A stretch of 64,000 nt of DNA from Fibrobacterota bacterium (GTDB taxonomy: Bacteria > Fibrobacterota > Fibrobacteria > UBA11236), in contig JAQBPN010000084.1 in assembly GCA_028287505.1 (NCBI GenBank), positions 22,147 to 86,146 on the forward strand, read 5' to 3'. The notes under the pieces are model-generated. The model saw only the letters and a list, made by a program, of their open reading frames with translations, was not told where the DNA came from and ran no database searches. The position numbers and the translations under genes are program-made. Shown piece after piece: positions 1-8,166 of the stretch. Numbering within the stretch: position 1 is the stretch's first letter; every line of letters starts with the position of its first letter.

Positions 1-1048
1 TCCATTTGGCCGAATCGGGGGCCGGCACCGTCACCCCCCACGCTCCCCGGCTCACCTTGTCCATGTAATTCATGGCGGCGCCGGGCGTGGCATAGGTGTA
101 GACGGGAGTGCAACTGATGTTGCCTTCCGGACTATGGCAATGGGAACAGTTGGAGGCCAGGTAGGAACGGGCCCGCTTCTCCAGGGTCGAGCCCGGGCTG
201 GCCGAATCATCCAAGGCGTACCAACGATGGGCGGCGGACGGAATGTAAGCCGCTCCGGCCCGCTTGACCAGATAGCCTTTGTCCATCAGGTCCTGAATCT
301 GGTCCTTGCCGTTGGCCAGGCGCGTCAGTTGGGGCGTGATGAAACCCAGGATCCCGCGTTGCCTTCCGGACCGGCCGTTGACGTGGCAACTATTGCAAGT
401 CGTCAACCCGAATCCCCGGACGTCGGGTCCCGACCGCGCGGGAAAGAGCCATTTCTTCTTGCGCGGGTTTCCCGAGGCGTCCCGGACGTAAAGCGAATCC
501 GTTTCGCCCCCGCCCGCCGCCTCCCCGATCAGATCCGCGTCGCTTTGATCCTTGCGCCATTTGTAGCTGAACCCGTGCCACTTGCCATACTGCCGCACCA
601 TGATCCGGGTCTCGAGGTAGATCCGGGATGCCGGATTGTCCTTCAGGGTATCCATCATGAAATGCTTGACGAACGTGGCGCCTTCGGGAAACAGGTATTC
701 GTCCGTGTCGTTGACGTAGGTGATGACGGAATCCTTGGGCAGCACCAGAAAGCGGGATTTGACCGCTCCGTCGTTCCAGAGCGGACTGTTGATTTCGAAC
801 GGGTATATTCCCGGGCCCACCACCTTGGCGGCGGGATCCGAAAAAAATCCCGTGGCTGAAAAGGTTTTGGGGTAGAGGGCGTAGTTCTCATCCGGCAGGC
901 TGGTCTCGCTGACCATGGCCTTGAAAAACCGGAAGGTCGGCGCCTCCCGGATGGGAACCGGGCCGCAGGCCGGACAAGCCACTTTCGCCCCCACCTGGGT
1001 CAAGGACAAGGCGAGGGTGGAAATCAGCAACGGGATTGCGGTTTTCAT
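1..1048 (-). CDS. Secreted diheme c-type cytochrome, SO2930/HNE_0200-like family; 3' end runs off the window
   Basis: Not in the ORF track. Manual translation from ATG at 1048 (GGAG upstream) gives the signal peptide MKTAIPLLISTLALSL, then YPFEINSPLWNDGAVKSRFLVLP, FPEGATFVKHF, LETRIMVR, two heme motifs CNSCH (~383-397) and CSHCH (~134-148), and LEKRARSYLASNC. Confidence 0.8.
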   Translation of the reverse strand, partial: MKTAIPLLISTLALSLTQVGAKVACPACGPVPIREAPTFRFFKAMVSETSLPDENYALYPKTFSATGFFSDPAAKVVGPGIYPFEINSPLWNDGAVKSRFLVLPKDSVITYVNDTDEYLFPEGATFVKHFMMDTLKDNPASRIYLETRIMVRQYGKWHGFSYKWRKDQSDADLIGEAAGGGETDSLYVRDASGNPRKKKWLFPARSGPDVRGFGLTTCNSCHVNGRSGRQRGILGFITPQLTRLANGKDQIQDLMDKGYLVKRAGAAYIPSAAHRWYALDDSASPGSTLEKRARSYLASNCSHCHSPEGNISCTPVYTYATPGAAMNYMDKVSRGAWGVTVPAPDSAKW

Positions 1049-1137
1049 GGAGGCTCCAATCAGATGCGCGGTTGCATAGAACCTAACACCGGGATGGAGC
1101 AAAAGCGCGAATTGGGGGAATCCCGGGAATCGAGGCG

Positions 1138-1338
1138 TTGTCTGGAGACAACGCCCGGCGAGGCCGATTCATCGTCGCCTTCAAGGAAAAGGCGGAGAGC
1201 GTGGGCGCGGACCACGTGGATGGAATCGTGAGCAACTACAAGAAGATGGAGTACTCGAGCCCCACCGAGTATGAATGCCATGTGGGAGGAGTGGTGGCGG
1301 GAGTGGCCTTGAAGGGCACCCTGGTCAAGGGCAAGTAA
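1138..1338 (+). pseudogene. C-terminal fragment of a small YbjQ-like secreted protein (family often mis-annotated 'excinuclease ATPase subunit')
   Basis: FKEKAESVGADHVDGIVSNYKKMEYSSPTEYECHVGGVVAGVALKGTLVK resembles the family C-terminus. There is an in-frame stop at 1084-1086 and no signal peptide. Confidence 0.5.
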
Positions 1339-1372
1339 GGAACGGCCGATTCGGCCTTCATCCGGAGCGGGC

Positions 1373-1405
1373 GGTTACGGCGCGGGACGGATTCCCGCCG
1401 TAACC
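1373..1405. terminator. Hairpin between convergent genes, possibly a bidirectional terminator
   Basis: 10-bp inverted repeat GGTTACGGCG (1373-1382) / CGCCGTAACC (1396-1405); no clear U-tract. Confidence 0.4.
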
Positions 1406-1411
1406 TCCGGG

Positions 1412-2578
1412 TTACTTAGCCTGTTCGGGATTTCGCGTGCCCGCGGGCACCTGGGCTTCCCGGGATGGCAAGGGGAAGATGCTCAATTTCGTCTTGCGGC
1501 CCAGGGCGTCCTGTCCGGTTGCGAAGCGGATATTGAATCCTTCCGTCAAGGTCCGGAATCCCGTCTTGGGGAGTTTGCCCTGGGGAAGCAGCAAGGCGGT
1601 GGTGTTGGGGGGAGGGATGAAGGCGACGCCGCGGGCGGTCATCCCCGAGGCGAGATAGCCTCCGAAGGAATAAATGGTGTCACCCACCGTGGCGCAGGCG
1701 AGCGCTTTCCAGACTTCGGTCATCTTGAGCACGGTGCGCCATTTGTTCGTGACGGGATCGTATTCCTCGTTGGTGTCCCAGATGCCCGGCCATTCGCCGC
1801 CGAAGGCGTAGAACCTGCCGTTGACGAATCCGAAACCGATGTCGCTCCGGCCCGTGGGGATGTCCGCCAGCTTGTACCAGGTGTCGCTGGCGGGGGAATA
1901 GGCTTCCATGGCGGACACGTTCACTTTGCGGACGCCGCCGCTGCATACGTAGATGAGCGAGTCATGCACCTCCGCTCCGGGATGATCGCGGCGCGTGGGC
2001 ATGGGCTTAAGCAGCTTCCAGGTGTCCGTGGCCGGATCATAGACCTGATTCACGGCCATGACGATGCCGAAGCTGTCGACCCCGCCCATCACGTAAATCT
2101 TATCCTTGAAGGCGGTGATGGCGCAGGTGGCAGTGGTCTGAATCATCGACTTGAGGTTCTTCCACTGGTCCGTTGCCGGGTCGTACTGCAGGGCCCAGGA
2201 GGTTCCGGTATGTTCGGCTCCTCCGGGTTTGGGGCTGTTCGAATCACCATGGGTGTCCCCGCCCATCACGTACAGTTTGCCGCCCACCGTGACTCCATTT
2301 CCGATATGGTGCAAGGCCACGGGCAGGTTCGCGCCGGACTTCCACGTCTTGGTGTCCAGGTTGTAGATGAACAGGGTCTTGGTGGGATTCCCCGAGTTAT
2401 AACCGGCGGCGTAATAGATGTTCCGCCCGATGAGGCAGACAGCCCCGTTCGCACGCGGGGAGGGCATGGAAGGCTTTGTCGCCCAACTCCCCAGATTGCC
2501 TGCCTGGGCGAAGGCCTGGACCGCGCAAAAGACGGACATGAGCGCCATGGCTCCGAAAAGAGAGGATCTTCTTCTCAT
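1412..2578 (-). CDS. Secreted Kelch-repeat beta-propeller protein with a short C-terminal sorting-like tail
   Basis: Signal peptide MRRRSSLFGAMALMSVFCAVQAFA; about six kelch repeats (GGKLYVMGG, KIYVMGG, YDPATDTW, YDPVTNKW); tail GQDALGRK. Start moved to ATG 2578. Confidence 0.85.
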   Translation of the reverse strand: MRRRSSLFGAMALMSVFCAVQAFAQAGNLGSWATKPSMPSPRANGAVCLIGRNIYYAAGYNSGNPTKTLFIYNLDTKTWKSGANLPVALHHIGNGVTVGGKLYVMGGDTHGDSNSPKPGGAEHTGTSWALQYDPATDQWKNLKSMIQTTATCAITAFKDKIYVMGGVDSFGIVMAVNQVYDPATDTWKLLKPMPTRRDHPGAEVHDSLIYVCSGGVRKVNVSAMEAYSPASDTWYKLADIPTGRSDIGFGFVNGRFYAFGGEWPGIWDTNEEYDPVTNKWRTVLKMTEVWKALACATVGDTIYSFGGYLASGMTARGVAFIPPPNTTALLLPQGKLPKTGFRTLTEGFNIRFATGQDALGRKTKLSIFPLPSREAQVPAGTRNPEQAK

Positions 2579-2803
2579 ACACAAACCCCCGGAAAGGAAA
2601 TGGCCCGATTCCAAAAAAATGGAATTCCCGCGCCAATATAGGCTCGGTACCGGGCATCCTTTACGATAATCCTGTTTTCCGGGAATGGGGTCCCGTTTCC
2701 CCCCGGGACGGGGAAGCATTATTCACAATAGTGAACGGATCGGGAAAAACCGCGGATTTGGGGAATAAGGGGTTACCCCCGTTTTTCCCCGCGAAACGGA
2801 AAC

Positions 2804-3817
2804 CTATCCGATGAACTCGTTGCCCACTTTGCGGGCGCGCACGGGTTTGTCCAGATCGATGCCCAACCGGATCCCCACTTCCACCAACAGGTTCCAGCCG
2901 GCGGCCAGCTGGATGTACTCGTCGAAATGTTTCACCGAGGGGATGCGGATGGTGGGGAAAGAGGTTTCCCGCGAGCTGATGGCGATGACCTTCATGCCCA
3001 CGCCGGTCCTGAGGACCTGGGTGAACTTTTCCTCTTCTTCCGGGAAGGGTTCCACCAGGATGACCACTTCGTCCGGGTTCATCACCTCTTCGATCCCGTG
3101 CACGGCATAGGTGCCTTCCAGGAAGGCCGATTTCTTGCGGGTGATTTCGTTGGTCTTCAGGGTCAGTTCTTCCGCCACGCCGTTGTTGCGGCCGGAGAAG
3201 TAGATGACCGGGGCCGCGGCGATGGCCATGGCCTGATCCGCGTCGATTTGGATTTCCAGGGCCGCTTTCACCGCGGCCGCGGCGGCGGGCAGTTGATCCA
3301 GGGTGGTTTTCCTCAACTTGGCCAGCACGGCCTGGTAGAACAGGGCCTGCTCCACGACGCTCTTGGTCGCGGCCACCGCGTTCTCGGGGCCGCAGGACAG
3401 CACGTGGGCCTTTTGGGAAAGCCCGGCCAGCGGGGCGCCCGCATGGGCCATCACCCCGTAGCAATGCTTGTGGGACTTGGCGTTGAGGCTCTTGAAGAGC
3501 CGCACCACTTCCTTGGTCTTGCCGGAGTTGGAGGCCGCCAGCACCGCATGGCGCGACAGATCGTACTCCAGGGCCTGGGTGGCGCCGTCCGTGGCCATGG
3601 GCAGGGGGAAGCCGGTTTTCATGGCTTCGTACATGGCGCGCTTGGCGGGGAAAATCCGGCTGCTGCCTTCACCCGTGAAGAACAGGCGGTTCTCCTGATG
3701 CAGGGAGTCGGCGAAGGCCGCGGCGCATTCGGGATCGAACTTCCCGATCACTTCCGCGGTCTCGAGCATTTCCTTGACCAGGGCGTAGCTTTTGTATTTG
3801 CCGTCTTGCAGGTTCAT
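2804..3817 (-). CDS. Stand-alone double-SIS-domain sugar-phosphate isomerase/deaminase (GlmS C-terminal-like; putative NagB-II)
   Basis: KEMLET, FFTGEGSS, ASNSGKTKEVV, AVAATKS, EELTLKTNE, EGTYAVHG, C-terminal LDKPVRARKV; no glutaminase domain. ATG 3817 overlaps the upstream stop. Confidence 0.85.
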   Translation of the reverse strand: MNLQDGKYKSYALVKEMLETAEVIGKFDPECAAAFADSLHQENRLFFTGEGSSRIFPAKRAMYEAMKTGFPLPMATDGATQALEYDLSRHAVLAASNSGKTKEVVRLFKSLNAKSHKHCYGVMAHAGAPLAGLSQKAHVLSCGPENAVAATKSVVEQALFYQAVLAKLRKTTLDQLPAAAAAVKAALEIQIDADQAMAIAAAPVIYFSGRNNGVAEELTLKTNEITRKKSAFLEGTYAVHGIEEVMNPDEVVILVEPFPEEEEKFTQVLRTGVGMKVIAISSRETSFPTIRIPSVKHFDEYIQLAAGWNLLVEVGIRLGIDLDKPVRARKVGNEFIG

Positions 3818-4611
3818 GCCAGGCTCCCTTGGGCCACGGCCCTGGATCGGTGTTCGATGACGTATTCCGAGATGGTTTCCTGGAGCAGCGGATCCTTCTG
3901 GAACCCTCCCCCCAGATGCTGCCAGAACGCTTCCGCGTAGCCGCATCCCGCCCGTTCCCCGAACTCGATGTTCTGCTTCTTCATCTCGCCGAAGAAATCG
4001 TTCATCTTGTGCATCACGCGCATCAGCTCGATCTGGGACTGGTGCTGGCCCAGCATTTCCATCTTGGTGTCCATGACGCCGGTGATGTCCACGTAGAAAT
4101 GCGGGTTGATGGTCTTGCCTCCGATGGGATCCGAAGAGCCCAGGGGCGCGGTATGGTAGAGCAGCGGGGTGATGTCCAACGGCGCGGACTTGCAGGGCAC
4201 GTTGGGAAGGGTGGCCACCATGGTGGCCGCTTCCACGATGCCGCAGGTGGCGCGGTGATCGCTGTGGTAATCGAAGGGCAGATGGGTCATGACGATTCCG
4301 GCTTTTTCCTTGCGCAGGATTTCCGTGACCTGGATCCGGAGTTCGGCGGTGTCGTACAGGTATCCGTCCCGGCCGTCCAGGCAATAGTATTTCGCGCCGA
4401 GCATGTTGGCGGCGCGTTCGGCTTCCCGCTTGCGGGTGGCGATGGTTTCCTTCTCGGTGGATCCGATGCCTCCCAGGCCTCCGGGAGTCATGGTGACCAC
4501 GGTCAGCTCGTACCCCTTGGCCTTCATGAGGGCCATGGTGCCGGCGGAAAAGATTTCCGTGTCGTCAGGATGGGCGTGGATGGCTACGATTTTCTTCGGA
4601 AACTGGTTCAA
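3814..4611 (-). CDS. PIG-L/LmbE family Zn-dependent N-acetyl-sugar deacetylase
   Basis: AIHAHPDDTE and YHSDH motifs, HQSQ, YAEAF. TTG start at 4611 with AAGGAG RBS overlaps the pfk stop. Confidence 0.9.
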   Translation of the reverse strand: MNQFPKKIVAIHAHPDDTEIFSAGTMALMKAKGYELTVVTMTPGGLGGIGSTEKETIATRKREAERAANMLGAKYYCLDGRDGYLYDTAELRIQVTEILRKEKAGIVMTHLPFDYHSDHRATCGIVEAATMVATLPNVPCKSAPLDITPLLYHTAPLGSSDPIGGKTINPHFYVDITGVMDTKMEMLGQHQSQIELMRVMHKMNDFFGEMKKQNIEFGERAGCGYAEAFWQHLGGGFQKDPLLQETISEYVIEHRSRAVAQGSLA

Positions 4612-5837
4612 ACCGACGCTCCTTGTTTCGCCAGGGGTTTCTGCACGAACGATTTTTCCAAGGTGACATACTCGGGCACTTCCCCGAGCAGGGGACGCAG
4701 ATACTCCAGGCATTCCGGGGTGACGAAATTGCCCGCCGCGTTGATGTACGAATCCGGCATGGGCTTGGCCCTTACGGCCACGTCTCCCAGGGCCGCTTTG
4801 CCGAAGCGGATTTTGTAAGGAGAGTTGCCTATGCGGTCGATCGTGACCATGAAGCCGCTTTCGCCGTTATCGGCCAGGTCCACGGCCTGTTTGCCGCAAT
4901 CGAAGGCTTCCTGCAAATCCTGCTTCAAGGCGCGGTCCATGGCGCACATGATGAGGGATTCCGTGATCTGGAACTCGCCGCGCAATCCGGTCACCTTGGA
5001 CATCATCTTGTGCAGGTTGAGTCCCACGCTGGCGCCGCCCATGGCGCCGAATTCGGTGTTGTGGAAGTTGTCCTTGGTCAGGGAAGCGCTGACGGGAGAC
5101 CCGTCCGCGTACTTCAGGCCTTCGCCGCAGACGACGGAGACCCAGCCGTATTTCTTGATGCACTCCTGGGCGTCTACCAGGAACTTGTCCGCGTCGAATA
5201 CGCGTTCCGGCATGTAGATGAGGTGGGGCGCGTCGTCCTCGTTGGTCTTGGCCATGGCGGTGGCGGCGGCCAGCCAGCCCGCGTCCCGGCCGATGGTCTG
5301 GTAGATGACGAACTGATCCACGCGCTGCATGTCCCGGAACAGCCAGCCCGATTGGCGCACGCTGAGCATGTTGGACCGTCCCGCGGAAGCGAATCCCGGG
5401 GTATGGTCGGTTCCGAACAGATCATTATCCACCGTCTTCGGGATTCCGATACCGTGCAGTTCATAATGGTGTTCGCGGCAATATTTCTCCACCCGGTGGA
5501 TGGTATCCATGGTGTCGTTGCCGCCGATGAGGAAGAAAAAGCGGATGTCGTATTTGCGCAGGACTTCCAGGATGCGGGGGAAATCCGGATCCGAGACCTT
5601 GTGGCGCGAGGATCCCAGGGCCGAGGACGGCGTGGTCCGCAATCCATCGATGACGTGGGCCGGTTGCCTGCCCAGATCGATGAGGCGCTCCTCCATCAAA
5701 CCCTTGATGCCGAAGTTCATTCCATACAGGTTGTCCGCGAGGCCGGAGGCCCGCACCTGATGGATGACGCCGGCCAGACTGGAATTGATGACCGAAGTCG
5801 GTCCGCCCGATTGCCCGATGACAGCATTGCCCTTCAC
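4608..5837 (-). CDS. pfp: 6-phosphofructokinase, probably pyrophosphate-dependent
   Basis: GQSGGPTSVIN, GGNDT (Asp at the phosphoryl-donor position), IPKTVDND, IGRDAGW. Confidence 0.88.
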   Translation of the reverse strand: MKGNAVIGQSGGPTSVINSSLAGVIHQVRASGLADNLYGMNFGIKGLMEERLIDLGRQPAHVIDGLRTTPSSALGSSRHKVSDPDFPRILEVLRKYDIRFFFLIGGNDTMDTIHRVEKYCREHHYELHGIGIPKTVDNDLFGTDHTPGFASAGRSNMLSVRQSGWLFRDMQRVDQFVIYQTIGRDAGWLAAATAMAKTNEDDAPHLIYMPERVFDADKFLVDAQECIKKYGWVSVVCGEGLKYADGSPVSASLTKDNFHNTEFGAMGGASVGLNLHKMMSKVTGLRGEFQITESLIMCAMDRALKQDLQEAFDCGKQAVDLADNGESGFMVTIDRIGNSPYKIRFGKAALGDVAVRAKPMPDSYINAAGNFVTPECLEYLRPLLGEVPEYVTLEKSFVQKPLAKQGASV

Positions 5838-6017
5838 CCGATCCCCTTAATCCTGTTCCGGGCCCTGATTAGCCCGGCCAACCGCCCCTTAAAGGCCTGT
5901 TCCCAAGCTACTTCGCCAAAAAAGACAATTGGTTAGGTGATCTGATGATTTTTTTAACAAATCCGTTTGTTTTAGGGAAAAGGAAAACGGGTTTTTGAGG
6001 AGACGGGGATTGTATGG

Positions 6018-6857
6018 CTAGAAGGCGTATCCCAGGGAGAATCCCGGCAACAGGAACTGGAAGGTATTGTCGTCCCCCGGATCCAGGACGCCGAAGTTGG
6101 CGGGGACTTCCGTGCGCCCGGATTTGGCGTTGGCATAGTCGAAGGACACTTCCACGTCGGCGCTGCGCAGATAGGTCGCCATGACATTGACGAAGAAACC
6201 GGAGGAGAAGATATACTCCACTCCCGCGGAGAGATAAAAGGCGTCCACCCGGAGGATGGAATAGCTTTCGTGATAGCTGAGGCGCGTGAATCCCGTTTCC
6301 ACGAAGGGACTGAAATTTTCCAGGGCCAGGTAGGATATCACCCCCAAGGCCAGGGACGTCCCTTTCATCTTCCCGTCGTCGATGATGCTTCCCACGGAAA
6401 AGGTGGCGCCCAGCCGGGAGAACGGCAGGTAATGGATGCCCATGCCGCCGCCGAACATGTCCGCACCGGCCTTGAGGCTGAAGGAAAGCGGCCGTTCGTC
6501 CCTCAGGATCACGGCCGGCCTCCAGCTCTTCACCTTGGAGGAGCCGCTATACTCGATGTCCGAGAATTTCACGTACCCGACCACGCCGCCCATGTCTATC
6601 TTCGCCCACTTGGACTCGGTGGGATCCAGCAGCACTTCCCTTATTCCGATGACTTCTCCGGCGTAAAGCAGGCGCAGGGCGTTGGCGAGCACGTCCGGGT
6701 TCTCGAAAACGATGGCGCCGTCTTTGACGACCACCGCATGGGAGGAGTCGGGCAGCTTCCCCGTTTCCGCATCCTTGGCGGAAACCGCGGCGGGCAGGCT
6801 CAAGAGCAATATCAGGGGAAAAATCGCCTGCGGGAAAATCCGTTTCATAAGCGTCAT
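6018..6857 (-). CDS. Outer-membrane protein with N-terminal SH3-like domain and C-terminal beta-barrel
   Basis: Signal peptide; SH3-like WAKIDMGGVVGYV; amphipathic strands; C-terminal barrel signature GFSLGYAF. Confidence 0.6.
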   Translation of the reverse strand: MTLMKRIFPQAIFPLILLLSLPAAVSAKDAETGKLPDSSHAVVVKDGAIVFENPDVLANALRLLYAGEVIGIREVLLDPTESKWAKIDMGGVVGYVKFSDIEYSGSSKVKSWRPAVILRDERPLSFSLKAGADMFGGGMGIHYLPFSRLGATFSVGSIIDDGKMKGTSLALGVISYLALENFSPFVETGFTRLSYHESYSILRVDAFYLSAGVEYIFSSGFFVNVMATYLRSADVEVSFDYANAKSGRTEVPANFGVLDPGDDNTFQFLLPGFSLGYAF

Positions 6858-6873
6858 GCTGCTCCGGGGCTGT

Positions 6874-7836
6874 TCAGGGATGGGTCGTGGCCAGGGATTG
6901 ATGGAAGGCGCGTATCCAGCCGCCGACCAGGTCCGGATTCGTGAGTTGGGGGAGATGCCCCGCGTCGGGCGCCACTTTCATGCGGATATCCCTGATGTTG
7001 CTCAACAGGAAGAATCCGTTCTGGATGGGGAAGATGGGATCGTTTTCCCCCCAGATGAGGAGCACCGGGACCGTCAGGTTGCGGATGTGGTTCCGATAGG
7101 TCTGGTTGAAGGAGTCCAAGGCGGCGATCACGGTGGGATCGTCGCTGACCAGCCGGTTCACGAGGCTTTGATCCCCGCCCGTCAAGATGGAGATGGCCGG
7201 ATGGCTTGCCACGGAGATGCTGCCCAGGTTCACCTTCCCGAACCGCTTCGCCATCCGTTGGGCGAATTCGCCCTGGTCGTAGGAACCGGCCGCGTCTATC
7301 AAGGTCAGGCTGGAAACGTTGGCGGGATGCTCCAGGCCGAACGCCATGCAGACCTGGCCGCCCAGGGAATGGCAGACCAGATCCACCTTGCGGAAGTCCA
7401 TGCGGCGGATGAGCAATTCATGAAGGGCATCGGCCTGGGCGTTGATGGTGAATTCATTGTTCTGGCTGGTGGATCGGCCCGTACCCGGGAGGTTAACGGC
7501 GACGACGGTGCGTTCCGTATCCTCGGCAAGCAGGAGGGGTCCGAAATCCCCCATGTTGCCGCCCAGACCGTGGACGTAGACGATGGGCACCTCCGGAGCC
7601 GCCCCGGCCGCGGTCTTCCGGATCCGGGGGCTGCGCTCCACGAATTCGAATTGTCCATGGTTGTATCGGAGGATGCGGGAATCGTACGCGGGCGCCAGTT
7701 GCAGGCGTTTCTGGCGCTGCTCGGAATTCAAACCGATCCAGGTTTCCGACGGCTTGATCATGCGGTTGGCGCAGCCCGCCAGAAGCATGGCCATGGCCAG
7801 AAGGGGCCGGATGGATTTCGAATTCTCGCCAGTCAT
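6874..7836 (-). CDS. Alpha/beta hydrolase lipoprotein
   Basis: Lipobox LAGC, oxyanion motif VHGLGG, nucleophile elbow CHSLGG, WGENDP, AGH. Start moved to ATG 7836. Confidence 0.85.
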   Translation of the reverse strand: MTGENSKSIRPLLAMAMLLAGCANRMIKPSETWIGLNSEQRQKRLQLAPAYDSRILRYNHGQFEFVERSPRIRKTAAGAAPEVPIVYVHGLGGNMGDFGPLLLAEDTERTVVAVNLPGTGRSTSQNNEFTINAQADALHELLIRRMDFRKVDLVCHSLGGQVCMAFGLEHPANVSSLTLIDAAGSYDQGEFAQRMAKRFGKVNLGSISVASHPAISILTGGDQSLVNRLVSDDPTVIAALDSFNQTYRNHIRNLTVPVLLIWGENDPIFPIQNGFFLLSNIRDIRMKVAPDAGHLPQLTNPDLVGGWIRAFHQSLATTHP

Positions 7837-8166
7837 ACGCCTCCGGAAAAATAGCCTATGTTGCGCGCCCGCCCGGATTCTCCGGCCATCATCGTCGAAA
7901 TTCCGGCGGGCTGGAAAGAATTCCGACGTCCCGGGTCCGGATAGGGTCCTTGGATCGCGATTTGCGTTCATTGAAGGGCTTATGCCCGGAAAATGTCGAA
8001 AAGTTTTCAGGTCGTTCTCTCCGGAGAGAACCAATTGGATTACTTTGGATGCTCGCGTAAGTTTTCGAGCATTACGATCGTTACATTGTCTTTTGTTCCC
8101 GCCAAGATACCGTCACATATGCGTTACGTAACAGCGTGATGCGTATTAACAGAAAGTCGAGACCCC

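Noticed and set aside
134-859. 241-aa plus-strand ORF
   Set aside because: Shadow of the minus-strand cytochrome gene, which has two CxxCH motifs.
2804-4384. Apparently long or fused ORFs (also 15740-17440, 17697-19310, 19348-20595, 24232-25719, 50356-51159, 59250-61454)
   Set aside because: The N-terminal extensions are Arg/Pro/Gly-rich off-frame reads through neighbouring genes; true starts lie at stop/start overlaps or RBS-supported codons.
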